A DNA stretch of 64,000 nucleotides from an uncultured Rickettsiales bacterium. GTDB taxonomy: Bacteria > Pseudomonadota > Alphaproteobacteria > Rickettsiales > CAZNNM01. Below are positions 47,697-57,463 of this stretch, in pieces. The notes under the pieces are model-generated. The model saw only the letters and a program-made list of their open reading frames with translations. It had not been told where the DNA came from and made no database searches. The DNA lies in NCBI GenBank assembly GCA_964574415.1, contig CAZNNM010000002.1:239110-303109 (forward strand). The letters are read 5' to 3'. Position numbers and translations under genes: made by a program. How positions within the stretch are numbered: the stretch's first letter is position 1; every line of letters begins with the position of its first letter.

Positions 47697-49511
47697 ATGC
47701 GCTTTCCGCCTCAATTCATTGACCAATTACGCAACCGGCTGGTGCTTTCCGAAGTCATCAACCGCCGCACACGTTTACAGCGCAAAGGGCGTGAATTTAC
47801 AGGGCTTTGTCCTTTCCATACCGAAAAAACGCCGTCTTTTACGGTCAATGATACCAAAGGCTTTTATCACTGCTTCGGCTGCGGCGCGCATGGGGATGTG
47901 ATTAAGTTTAGCATGGAGACAGAGGGCTGGTCGTATCCAGAAGCGATTGAACGGCTGGCAGAGTCCGTCGGCATGCCACTGCCAAAGCTCACCCAGGAAC
48001 AGCAAAAACGCATCCAGCAAGAGGCAAGCCTCTATGATGTAATGGAAATGGCCTGCGCCTGGTTTCAGAAGCAATTGCTGGAACCGCATGGCAAACATGC
48101 ACGTGATTATATCGCACAACGTGACATTCCACGTGAATTATTAGCCAGCTTCCGCCTGGGCTATTCACCGGATAACCACACGGCACTTAGCACCTATTTA
48201 CGGCAAAAAGGCGTATCAGATGCCTTAATGAAAGCAGCCGGCCTCTTGATCACTAACGATCAAGGCCGCAGCTATGACCGCTTCCGCAACCGCCTGATGT
48301 TCCCGATCACCGATATCCGCAACCGCGTGGTGGCGTTTGGTGGACGTATTTTAGGCGAAGGCCAGCCCAAATACCTGAACTCACCGGAAACCGAACTCTT
48401 CCACAAAGGCGAACTCCTCTACGGCATGGCTTATGCGCGGCAGGCAGCCTATGATGCGAAGGAAATTGTAGTAGCAGAAGGCTATATGGATGTGATTGCG
48501 CTCCATAAAGCAGGCGTCACCAATGCCGTGGCCCCACTTGGCACGGCCGTCACCGAATCACACTTAGCCATGCTCTGGCAAGTAGCGCAAGAGCCGACGA
48601 TGTGTCTGGACGGGGATTCGGCAGGTAAACGGGCGATGTTACGGGCAGCGGAACTCTCTATCCCACTCCTGAAACCTGGCTGTTCCTTAAAATTTGCTCT
48701 GTTGCCAGCTGGTATGGACCCTGATGATATGGTTAAAGCGCAAGGGCCAGCTGCGCTTAAAGAAGTGCTAGCGCAGACCATACCGCTCTCAGAAGTCCTC
48801 TGGATGCGCGAAAAAAATACCCATCCGGTTGCAACACCAGAACAATTAGCAGGCCTAGAAGCCGCCCTCAAGGCCAGCGTGGAACGGATGCGCGATGCAA
48901 CGGTGAAGAGTTATTACGACCGTTTCTTCAAATCAAAACTCTGGGAATTACAGAGAGATATGCGCAGCACCCCCACCAAAACAGGGCGCGCTGCAACCAC
49001 TATTAAAACCGCCCTACCCCACCTCCCTTCCCTCCAGCAACAAGAGCTTTGTGAGGCGATTCTGGTAGCAACCATTGCTAACCACCCAGAACTGCTGGAA
49101 GATTATACGATCGAAGAAGAGTTTGGGCATCGGGAGTTTTATAGTAATTCCCTTGACAAAATACGTCTAACTATTCTAGAAATAAAAGATTTTCGGATGT
49201 ATCCGGAAGAAGCACAACTTGATCGTTCAACCATGTATGACGCCCTCAAAGCCAAAGGCATGGAACGTGAGTTGGCATTATTGCTGGAAGGTAAAAAAGG
49301 GTTTCTTGATGCTTTTGCGCTGCCCGATGCTTCTTTAGACATCGCACGCATGGGATGGAAACGCACACTTGCCTTACATACAATGCTTTCTATGGAAGCA
49401 GAATACCAGCGGATACTTGCCGAGCTGACTCCAGAATCTGAACAACGGGCGTTTGCGCTCAAACACCATATTGAGCAATTACGTGAGACTTTACATATTG
49501 AACACGAGTAG
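47697..49511 (+). CDS. dnaG: DNA primase
   Basis: 604 aa. Zinc finger [14 protein letters not shown]...[11 protein letters not shown], a TOPRIM segment ([16 protein letters not shown]...DGDSAGKRA). Confidence 0.95.
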   Translation: MRFPPQFIDQLRNRLVLSEVINRRTRLQRKGREFTGLCPFHTEKTPSFTVNDTKGFYHCFGCGAHGDVIKFSMETEGWSYPEAIERLAESVGMPLPKLTQEQQKRIQQEASLYDVMEMACAWFQKQLLEPHGKHARDYIAQRDIPRELLASFRLGYSPDNHTALSTYLRQKGVSDALMKAAGLLITNDQGRSYDRFRNRLMFPITDIRNRVVAFGGRILGEGQPKYLNSPETELFHKGELLYGMAYARQAAYDAKEIVVAEGYMDVIALHKAGVTNAVAPLGTAVTESHLAMLWQVAQEPTMCLDGDSAGKRAMLRAAELSIPLLKPGCSLKFALLPAGMDPDDMVKAQGPAALKEVLAQTIPLSEVLWMREKNTHPVATPEQLAGLEAALKASVERMRDATVKSYYDRFFKSKLWELQRDMRSTPTKTGRAATTIKTALPHLPSLQQQELCEAILVATIANHPELLEDYTIEEEFGHREFYSNSLDKIRLTILEIKDFRMYPEEAQLDRSTMYDALKAKGMERELALLLEGKKGFLDAFALPDASLDIARMGWKRTLALHTMLSMEAEYQRILAELTPESEQRAFALKHHIEQLRETLHIEHE

Positions 49512-52203
49512 GACAGGTACTTATGGCGCCGAAAAAAAACAGACACCAAAAAGACAGCAGCGGAAAAAAACCGTAGCGGCGAAAAAACCTGTTGCAAAAG
49601 CAGCGCCGAAAAAAGCAACACCTGTCAAAGCGAAAGCAACTCCTAAGAAGGCAGCGCCTAAACCTGTTGCGAAAAAAGCAGCTTCTGTGAAGGCAAAAAC
49701 AGCTCCTAAAAAGGCCGCTCCTGCTAAAGCCGTTGCAAAAGCCAAGCCAGTAGCGAAGAAAACGGTTGCGAAAAAATCTGTCCCTGTTAAAACAACAGTG
49801 AAAGCGGCTCCTAAAGCTAAGGCACCTGTCAAACCCGCCAAAGCAGCAAAACCTGTCGCAAAACCCGCTCCAAAGAAAGCGCCTGCTCCTGTTAAAACAA
49901 AAGCAACAGTAGCCGCTAAAAAACCAACCAAGCCTCAACCGAAGCAGGCAACACCGACACAAAAGGCAACCGTGAAAACATCTGAGAAACCCGCATCGAA
50001 AACAACAAAAACACAGACTATGGCAAACGAGATAAAAAACGATAAGAAAGCCAAAAAACCTGCCGCAGAACAAGCAGACGAAGCGCCCTGGGCAGAAGAA
50101 AGCCAAGCCCCTAAAGCAAAAGCTCCTGCTGCAAAAGCAGGAAAAGTAAAGGCTGATGCCCCTGCAAAAGCGGGCAAGAAAGATTCCACTGCCTCTGCCG
50201 GAGAAGGCATCAGCCCAGCTGCCGTCAAACAACTCTTAGCGCTCGGCAAGAAACAAGGCTTTTTAACCTATGATGATGTGAATAACGTACTCCCCGCTGG
50301 CCAATTAGCGCCTGAGCAAGTGGATGCAGCTATGGCCGCCCTCACCGATGCCGGCATCACCATCTTAGATGGCAAAGAAGATGAAGATTTCGATTTTGAT
50401 CTTGAATCGGATGACGATGATGAAGTCACCGATTTTGAAAGCGAAGAAGAAGAGGAAGATGACACCAACATCTCCACCGATCTAGGCCATACTGATGACC
50501 CTGTGCGCATGTATCTGCGTGAAATGGGCAATGTGGAACTCCTCTCCCGCGAAGGCGAGATTGAGATTGCCAAACGTATCGAATCCGGCCGCGAAATGAT
50601 GATCAAAGCCCTCTGCGAAAGCCCTATCGCGATGCGTGAATTCATTGGCTGGTATGATGGCCTGGCGAATGACAGCCTGTTACTGCGTGATGTTATTGAC
50701 CTTGATGCCACCTATGGCGCCGAGAGCGAGGATGGTATTCCGAATGTACCAGCCGTTGCGGCCGAGCCGAAGGAAGATGATTTCTTCGAGGAAGAAAAAC
50801 CTAAAGAGAAAAAGAAGAAAACCCGCGCAGCATCTGAAGATGAAGAGTCTGAAGAAGAATTGGAAGACGATGAGGAAGAAGATAGCGAAGGCGAAGAAGG
50901 CAGCGAGTACGAGGAAGAGGACGAGTACGAAGATAATGTCTCCCTCCTTGCAATGGAACAAGCTCTAAAGCCAAAAATTCTTGAAAACTTTGGCAAAATC
51001 ACCAAGATTTGCGAAAAGCTCTTAGCCCTCCATGAAAAACGCCTGCTCGTTAAACTGGGCGAAGCCACTGCATCGGATGCTAATGACAAACAAATCACCA
51101 AACTCAGCGGCGAACTGGCGGAATTGGTGCAGGATATTCATTTGAATGAACTGCGTGTGGAAGATATGATCGACCATCTCTACACCACCAATAAACGCCT
51201 GATTTCTATCGAAGGCAAGATGATGCGCCTGGCAGAAAATTACAACGTCAGCCGCCAAAGCTTCCTCACCCATTACCAAGGTTCCGAACTTGATCCTAAC
51301 TGGGTTGAGAAAGCCGCTAAAAGTAAAGATAAAGGCTGGAAAGACTTTGTTCCTAATGCCTCTGATGAGTTAAAGCGCTTGCTGGAAGAAATCACCGCTA
51401 TTGCGCGCGAAATCGGCATTGATGTAGCCGAATTTAAATACCAAGTAAACCGCGTCCAAAAAGGTGAACGTGATTCCAACCGCGCGAAGAAAGAAATGAT
51501 CGAGGCGAATTTGCGCCTGGTGATTTCGATTGCGAAAAAATATGCCAACCGCGGCCTGCAATTCCTGGATTTGATCCAAGAAGGTAACATCGGTTTGATG
51601 AAAGCCGTAGATAAGTTTGAATACCGCCGTGGTTACAAATTCTCGACCTATGCAACCTGGTGGATTCGCCAAGCGATTACCCGCTCTATCGCAGATCAAG
51701 CGCGTACTATCCGTATTCCAGTCCATATGATTGAAACGATTAACAAAATCGTGCGCACCTCTCGCCAAATGCTCCATGAAATCGGCCGCGAACCGACCCC
51801 TGAAGAAGTAGCAGAGCGCCTCAATATGGGCTTGGATAAAGTGCGAAAAGTAATGAAGATTGCTAAAGAGCCCGTCAGCCTTGAAAACCCAATCGGGGAT
51901 GAAGATGGCAGCTATTTAGGTGACTTCATTGAAGATAAGAATGCGGTTATTCCTCTGGATGCTGCGATTCAAGCCAATTTACGTGATACCACAACCCGCA
52001 TCCTCGCCAGCCTCACACCACGTGAAGAACGTGTGCTGCGTATGCGTTTTGGTATCGGCATGAACACCGATCATACACTGGAAGAAGTGGGCCAACAATT
52101 CTCGGTCACCCGCGAACGTATCCGCCAAATCGAAGCTAAAGCCCTACGTAAACTCAAACACCCAAGCCGCTCACGCAAACTGCGCGGATTCTTGAATACT
52201 TAA
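49453..52203 (+). CDS. rpoD: RNA polymerase sigma-70 (RpoD) with a long Ala/Lys/Pro-rich N-terminal region; start codon uncertain
   Basis: Regions 1.1-4.2 are clear ([90 protein letters not shown]). The ORF opens at TTG 49453, inside dnaG. An out-of-frame ATG lies at 49523 and an in-frame ATG at 50020. Confidence 0.9.
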   Translation: MRSNTILSNYVRLYILNTSRTGTYGAEKKQTPKRQQRKKTVAAKKPVAKAAPKKATPVKAKATPKKAAPKPVAKKAASVKAKTAPKKAAPAKAVAKAKPVAKKTVAKKSVPVKTTVKAAPKAKAPVKPAKAAKPVAKPAPKKAPAPVKTKATVAAKKPTKPQPKQATPTQKATVKTSEKPASKTTKTQTMANEIKNDKKAKKPAAEQADEAPWAEESQAPKAKAPAAKAGKVKADAPAKAGKKDSTASAGEGISPAAVKQLLALGKKQGFLTYDDVNNVLPAGQLAPEQVDAAMAALTDAGITILDGKEDEDFDFDLESDDDDEVTDFESEEEEEDDTNISTDLGHTDDPVRMYLREMGNVELLSREGEIEIAKRIESGREMMIKALCESPIAMREFIGWYDGLANDSLLLRDVIDLDATYGAESEDGIPNVPAVAAEPKEDDFFEEEKPKEKKKKTRAASEDEESEEELEDDEEEDSEGEEGSEYEEEDEYEDNVSLLAMEQALKPKILENFGKITKICEKLLALHEKRLLVKLGEATASDANDKQITKLSGELAELVQDIHLNELRVEDMIDHLYTTNKRLISIEGKMMRLAENYNVSRQSFLTHYQGSELDPNWVEKAAKSKDKGWKDFVPNASDELKRLLEEITAIAREIGIDVAEFKYQVNRVQKGERDSNRAKKEMIEANLRLVISIAKKYANRGLQFLDLIQEGNIGLMKAVDKFEYRRGYKFSTYATWWIRQAITRSIADQARTIRIPVHMIETINKIVRTSRQMLHEIGREPTPEEVAERLNMGLDKVRKVMKIAKEPVSLENPIGDEDGSYLGDFIEDKNAVIPLDAAIQANLRDTTTRILASLTPREERVLRMRFGIGMNTDHTLEEVGQQFSVTRERIRQIEAKALRKLKHPSRSRKLRGFLNT

Positions 52204-52220
52204 CGAAGCATAATGCTCAG

Positions 52221-52252
52221 AAAAAAAGAGGTTCGTTTGAACCTCTTTTTTT
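52221..52252 (+). terminator. Rho-independent (potentially bidirectional) terminator after rpoD
   Basis: aaaaaa-agaggttc-gttt-gaacctct-tttttt forms an 8-bp stem flanked by an A-tract and a T-tract. Confidence 0.8.
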
Positions 52253-52257
52253 ATCTA

Positions 52258-52460
52258 TGCCATTCACCGGTCAAGCCAGCGTACAACAAGGAATATACTC
52301 ATCATCCTTGGATTTGAAGGGTGTTATTGCATGGCCACTAACCTATTGATAATTGTCATCCTGGACGTGATCCGGGATCCACTGTTATGGGGGCGTAATG
52401 TAGAAGAATCTAGGTGAAAGCGCCAGTCATGATGGATTCCGGGTCAAGCCCGGAATGACA
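52258..52460. repeat. Composite repeat (partial family C/D arms plus family A 52354..52460)
   Basis: ...catcatccttggatttgaagggtgttattgcatgg...[tgtcatcctggacgtgatccgggatccac...ggattccgggtcaagcccggaatgaca]. The right outer arm is absent. Confidence 0.85.
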
Positions 52461-52467
52461 AGAAGTC

Positions 52468-53043
52468 CTAAAACGCACTCCCCACCGCATGAATCACAAT
52501 ATGCACCTTCACATCATCCTTAATCGCACCCGTGTCCGACCATTGCCCTTGGCCTATACCGAAATCGGTGCGTTTTAGCAGTGCATCACCGGTGATACTG
52601 GCAGCGTCTTTAGAATAGCTATCCAACGTAAATGTAACACTCACCGGCTTAGCCTGGTTACGAATCGTCAGCACACCATCAGCACTGTATTTTTTATCGC
52701 CCAGCGAAATGAATTTCCGCGCCTCAAACGTAGCACGTGGGAATAGTTCCACGCCAAACCAATCTGGGGTTTTAAGCGTTGTGGTCACTTCATCATAGGA
52801 TGCGGTGATGCTATTGGTATTAATCACCACACGCACACGGCTGTTTTCGAGATTATCAGGATCGAAGAAAATATCCGCATCAAAATCCTTAAAACTCCCC
52901 ATCACAGGCGCGCTGTTTTGGATGGCTTCAAAGCTCAGCGTACTTTTTTCTTTATCCGCAGAGAAATGTGCCGCAGGCCCTTCTGCCCAGGCAGACTGCA
53001 CAAATAGCAGCAATAATGCCGCAATTACTCCAGTTTTCCCCAT
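52468..53043 (-). CDS. YceI-family periplasmic polyisoprenoid-binding protein
   Basis: 191 aa. Signal peptide and a YceI beta-barrel pattern (FDADIFFDPDNLENSRVRVVINTNSI..., GVLTIRNQAKPVSVTF, LKRTDFGIGQG). Confidence 0.8.
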   Translation of the reverse strand: MGKTGVIAALLLLFVQSAWAEGPAAHFSADKEKSTLSFEAIQNSAPVMGSFKDFDADIFFDPDNLENSRVRVVINTNSITASYDEVTTTLKTPDWFGVELFPRATFEARKFISLGDKKYSADGVLTIRNQAKPVSVTFTLDSYSKDAASITGDALLKRTDFGIGQGQWSDTGAIKDDVKVHIVIHAVGSAF

Positions 53044-53579
53044 GGTAACATTCTCCGTAATACTGTGTCTTTATGATAAAAATGATGCCACAACGCCGCC
53101 AACACATGCACACTCACCAAACCAATAATAGCCCAGGCAAGAATCCCATGCGCATCATGCATGAATTTGCGTATCGCCTGATCGACGCCCACCAAATCCG
53201 GCATAGTGAAAATCCCATAAACCGACACCGGAAAACCCGCCGCAGATGACATCATCCACCCCGAAAGCGGCATAGCAAGCATCAAGAGATAAAGCCCCGC
53301 ATGGCCTGCATGGGCCGCAAGGCGCTCTATCCAGGGCATGGTTGAGGGTAGTTTCGGCGTAGGATTGGTAAAACGCCATAATAAACGCAACACCACCAGC
53401 CCCAAAACCACAATCCCTGTCGCTTTATGTAAGCCATAGACTTGCAATTTTTGCGGGCCAAGCGGCATACCATCCATAACGAAGCCCATAATCACCATAG
53501 TGATGATGGCTAAAGCTATGAGCCAGTGCAACGTCTTTGCCACTAGCCCATAGGTTTCTGCTGTATTACGAAAACGCAT
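53025..53579 (-). CDS. Cytochrome b561 family protein
   Basis: 184 aa with 4 TM segments. Conserved His ligands (KTLHWLIA, YGLHKATG, HDAHGILAW, HVLAALWHHF). Confidence 0.85.
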   Translation of the reverse strand: MRFRNTAETYGLVAKTLHWLIALAIITMVIMGFVMDGMPLGPQKLQVYGLHKATGIVVLGLVVLRLLWRFTNPTPKLPSTMPWIERLAAHAGHAGLYLLMLAMPLSGWMMSSAAGFPVSVYGIFTMPDLVGVDQAIRKFMHDAHGILAWAIIGLVSVHVLAALWHHFYHKDTVLRRMLPWGKLE

Positions 53580-54181
53580 TATGGTTTCACCGGCGCTGCG
53601 TCAAGAATAGCTTCAGATTCGATCTCCAACTGCACATCATCTGATACACCTGGAACAGCATATGTCATGCCGAACTCAGAACGCTTAATCACCGCAGTTG
53701 CGCTGAAACCAGCAGTTTTCTTATTGGTAATTGGGCTTTCACCGATTTTGTTCAAACGGGTTTTAAGCACCACAGGCTTGGTCACTCCAAGCAAGGTTAG
53801 GAAACCATGCACATCGGCATTATCCTTGCTGGTCACGATAATTTTATCGCTCACAAAGGTTGCTTCTGGGAATTTATCGGTATTAAAGAAATTCTCTTTG
53901 CGCAAATGGCTATCAAACTCCGCGCTACCTGTGCTAATGCTTGCGCTTTTAATCACCACATTCAGTTTGCTTTTTGCAGGATCTTTTTCATCCAGCTCTA
54001 ATGTACCTTTTACATCGGCAAACTTCCCAGATGGGTTAGAAAAACCAAAATGGTTTGCATGCCATACCACATTGGTATGCGCAGGATCGAGAGTGTATTT
54101 TTCTGCAGCAAATGCAGCTGGCGAGAGCAATGTCAACACAGACATACCAAGTAAAATTTTCTTCACGATAGGCTCCTTCAT
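53579..54181 (-). CDS. YceI-family periplasmic protein (second copy)
   Basis: 200 aa. Signal peptide. YTLDPAHTNVVWHANHFGFSNPSGKF, GFLTLLGVTKPVVL and IKRSEFGM motifs. Confidence 0.8.
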   Translation of the reverse strand: MKEPIVKKILLGMSVLTLLSPAAFAAEKYTLDPAHTNVVWHANHFGFSNPSGKFADVKGTLELDEKDPAKSKLNVVIKSASISTGSAEFDSHLRKENFFNTDKFPEATFVSDKIIVTSKDNADVHGFLTLLGVTKPVVLKTRLNKIGESPITNKKTAGFSATAVIKRSEFGMTYAVPGVSDDVQLEIESEAILDAAPVKP

Positions 54182-54295
54182 GGCAAGAGATTCTATAAAA
54201 TGCCCAGTAATACTATAACATCTCAGCTATGAAAGCAACACAACCTATTGGGAAAAAATAGGGGGAAAATTATCTAATAGGTAGAAGTTCAGAGG

Positions 54296-55495
54296 CTACC
54301 GCCTACCCAACGAACTGGCCATCAACACCACCACCGCCAAAGCCTTAGCAATAGCCGGAATCACCGCATAGACAAACGCCACCTGTATCGCAGCATCCAC
54401 CATCCATAAACACGCACCCGCCGCCAGCGCCAGACTCAGTTTGAGGATGAAAAACAGACAGCCCATATAATATCCCACACGCTCATGCGCAGGAATAATA
54501 TCCGCGAGTATTGCCGTCGGCAGTGCAAAATCAGCGCCGATGCATATACCTGCACAAGCACATAGCACATAAAACCACCAGATATCCCCCTCATGCAACT
54601 GGCTCATCGCCAACAGCACTAAGACACCCAGCCCCATAGCCCACAGCCAGCTAATATGTTTGCCTTTACGCTTTGCAAACACAGCCCATGCTGGCATGGC
54701 AAGCATGGCGCTGATAAAGAACAATGCTATAAAATACGGCATATGCTCCGATGCATGAAGCACCTCTTCCACAAAAAATACCATACTCGTCATCGGCAAT
54801 GCGATGGCAATACTATTGAGCAACACTACCAGCAATAATATTAACACCCGATTATTAGATGCAAGCCGCTCAAACCCCTCCACCAGCGAAAACTGCTTCG
54901 TCGCTTTTACTTCTGCCGAAGGCGCAGAGAAATAAAACAAGGCCAATATCAACACCACAAACACCCCAAATCCAATGCTGATAGCATCATTGCGAATAGT
55001 CACCTTGGTAAAAACAAAGGGCATTAATGCCGCCAGCAACAACCCCAATAATACACAAGCTTCACGTAGGGTTGTGATACGTGTATGGCCATCATAATCC
55101 GATGTCAGCTCTGCCCCCAAACTGTAATAATGCACCACCACGACACTATAAAATGCATGAACCAACAACAAACTCACCACCATCCACACTACCGGATATC
55201 CCACCGGATGGAACAGCGCATAAACACTGAGAATCAACAAGGGCACCACGGTAAAAATGCGCTGATGCCGCGAACGTGGGCGGAGGTTTTGCTGGTCGCT
55301 GAACCAGCCAATAAAGGGCATTTGCACCACATCAACCACCCGTGTTACGAGCAACACAATAACCAACGCAGATAAAGGCATATCATACTGATCTGCATAG
55401 AATTTAGGCACAAAACCATAGATCGCTAAGCCAATAAAAGCCAGCGGCAATGCAAACAGCCCATAGATAAGCCCTGCGCCACGTGTGATCATCAT
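54296..55495 (-). CDS. MFS transporter (GPH/MFS_2-like)
   Basis: 399 aa with about 11-12 TM segments. The TRVVDVVQMPFIGWFSD motif resembles the GPH-family D..DP..G...D loop. Confidence 0.7.
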   Translation of the reverse strand: MMITRGAGLIYGLFALPLAFIGLAIYGFVPKFYADQYDMPLSALVIVLLVTRVVDVVQMPFIGWFSDQQNLRPRSRHQRIFTVVPLLILSVYALFHPVGYPVVWMVVSLLLVHAFYSVVVVHYYSLGAELTSDYDGHTRITTLREACVLLGLLLAALMPFVFTKVTIRNDAISIGFGVFVVLILALFYFSAPSAEVKATKQFSLVEGFERLASNNRVLILLLVVLLNSIAIALPMTSMVFFVEEVLHASEHMPYFIALFFISAMLAMPAWAVFAKRKGKHISWLWAMGLGVLVLLAMSQLHEGDIWWFYVLCACAGICIGADFALPTAILADIIPAHERVGYYMGCLFFILKLSLALAAGACLWMVDAAIQVAFVYAVIPAIAKALAVVVLMASSLGRR

Positions 55496-55672
55496 ATCCT
55501 TTTCATGCTAGTAACGAAGCGATTATAGCATAGAAATTATGAACAATAGGTTGCTATGGTGCTGTATTTCTGTGATTTTATTTGTTATAAAAATGTGATA
55601 TTTTTGTAATAAGCCTTTAATATATATGGTATAATCTCAGACTAGATAAATACTCATAGAAGGAAAGAAACC

Positions 55673-56602
55673 ATGCCACGTATTAATAGAAATGATTATA
55701 TTGATGGAAGCAACCATAACACCCCAGGCATCCGCAAAATAGGACGCGCGGCAGATACAACATGGTATCGCGATGAAGCACTTGATACTAGCACAAAAAT
55801 GATAGCTGAAGCACGTGCTGAAGTGGATGCGTTACAAAAAGCAAATGATCCAGAAAATCAAGGCCTGTTAGAAGCAAAATACCTTGAACTTGTAGGCTAT
55901 GAAGAAAACGTAGCCGGTCTGGAATTGCAAAAAAAACGTGAAGATATTGTGGAACGTTTGCATGATATTATTACAGCACCTACTGCTACTAACGACCAAC
56001 CTTTTAGCAACCCTCTGGCACCAAACGGTAGTTTAGCCACAGGTAACAGTCTTGAAGAAGGCGATCGCGATCTTATTGAAGCATGGGTTAAGGCCATTAA
56101 CCAAGGTGGAACACGTGGGGATTATGCTATGCATAAAGGATCCTCCTATCAAATCCCTCCAATGATCGAACATCTTTACAGCGAAAAAGATCGCGCAGCA
56201 CTGCAACAAGGTATCGCAGAGTTACGCTCTATTAATGGCGATATTGAAGTTGAAGAACGCAGTAAAGTAGGGCGCATAGCAGATCGTATGGATGTTTTTT
56301 ATGCACAACTTCAATCCAACCAAGTAGAGCATAGCCCAGCACAAGAGTCTGAAACAAAGCAAAGCAAAAGCACTTGGGAGTCTGTGAAAGAATTCTTCTC
56401 CAACCTGGCAGAAAAAATCAGCAACTTCTTCAGTAGCGAAGCTGAACGCCGCGAGCCTACAAAAGCTCTAAAAAACCTGAGCAAGGCTGTACGTGCCAAT
56501 GAAATCGACCGGACATTGTCAGAAACCCTCGGCGTAGAACACACGCCTATTGACCTTGCACAAGTTGCCAAAGACAATGGCGTGCCTGATAAAGCAGCTT
56601 AA
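55673..56602 (+). CDS. Hypothetical protein (no family recognised)
   Basis: 309-aa ORF preceded by a long AT-rich spacer. Hydrophilic and predicted helical. It ends at a TAA that is followed immediately, in the same frame, by another 75-codon ORF. Confidence 0.5.
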   Translation: MPRINRNDYIDGSNHNTPGIRKIGRAADTTWYRDEALDTSTKMIAEARAEVDALQKANDPENQGLLEAKYLELVGYEENVAGLELQKKREDIVERLHDIITAPTATNDQPFSNPLAPNGSLATGNSLEEGDRDLIEAWVKAINQGGTRGDYAMHKGSSYQIPPMIEHLYSEKDRAALQQGIAELRSINGDIEVEERSKVGRIADRMDVFYAQLQSNQVEHSPAQESETKQSKSTWESVKEFFSNLAEKISNFFSSEAERREPTKALKNLSKAVRANEIDRTLSETLGVEHTPIDLAQVAKDNGVPDKAA

Positions 56603-56830
56603 GTGCTTGGCTTAAAAGAAAAAGACCGTCGCAGCCCTGATAATCAAGGTTTGCGTAGCGCTATGGATAAGAACCCGCCAGAGACCAATGATGCTATGCG
56701 CAATACGATGCATGATACTGCAAACAGACTGGCAACACAGGATGTCTCTGGCACCAAAGATGTGAGCGGTGTAACCGGCCCTGCAACGCAAGGCAATAAC
56801 GTTACTACAACAAAAGAACAAGCCCGCTAA
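56603..56830 (+). CDS. Hypothetical ORF in frame with the preceding gene (possible severed C-terminus)
   Basis: GTG-initiated 75 codons starting directly after TAA 56600..56602. No independent RBS is evident. Confidence 0.3.
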   Translation: MLGLKEKDRRSPDNQGLRSAMDKNPPETNDAMRNTMHDTANRLATQDVSGTKDVSGVTGPATQGNNVTTTKEQAR

Positions 56831-57343
56831 TTATAACATCCGCAGCAGCACTTCGTCTTTACGTATCACGTGATGATAAAGCGCTGCTGCAATATGCACG
56901 CCAATCACCATAATAAACACTACAGCACCTATCTCGTGCAGATCATTCATAAGCGATGCAACCGGTTTGTTCTTGGCCATAAGAACGGGCACATTCCATA
57001 TGCCAAAGAACGATACCGCTTTGCCATAAGCAGAAGTCATTAGCCAACCTGTGATCGGCATTGCCAGCATAAAACCATATAAACTTATATGCACAACATG
57101 CGCAGCTTTATATTCATACGGTTTGAGCGAGGGCACAGGCACAGGCACTTTTGCCATGATACGCCATACTACCCTGAACGCCACGAGCATCAGCACCGTT
57201 ATCCCCAATGCTTTATGGATATGCGGTACGCCTTTAGGCAAAAGCCCCCATCCGCTTGCAAACATCCATGCTAAACATAGGGCAATGCCCCAATGTAAAC
57301 CTTTGGTAATCAAACCATAATGGCGAGTAGTGTTGAACAGCAT
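56831..57343 (-). CDS. Cytochrome b561 family protein (second paralog)
   Basis: Start set at ATG 57343 (MLFNTTRHYGLITKGLHWGIA). 170 aa with 4 TM segments and conserved His residues (HIHKALG, HVVHISLY, HIAAALYHHV). Confidence 0.8.
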   Translation of the reverse strand: MLFNTTRHYGLITKGLHWGIALCLAWMFASGWGLLPKGVPHIHKALGITVLMLVAFRVVWRIMAKVPVPVPSLKPYEYKAAHVVHISLYGFMLAMPITGWLMTSAYGKAVSFFGIWNVPVLMAKNKPVASLMNDLHEIGAVVFIMVIGVHIAAALYHHVIRKDEVLLRML

Positions 57344-57463
57344 ATTTGCCTCCTCTTCTATATAAAAGACCCTACCATACAACTATGAAGCCAAGCTTAA
57401 GGATTGCTGGTTGTGCACTTTACTGCTATCGTGGGACGCTATATTATAGTTCTTAGGCATATA

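Noticed and set aside
49459-50249. Long antisense ORFs (49459..50232, 49521..49931, 49935..50249) opposite the rpoD 5' region
   Set aside because: They are mirror ORFs produced by the low-complexity GCN/AAR repeat DNA, with Cys/Phe/Arg-rich nonsense composition. The sense frame continues into conserved sigma-70 regions.
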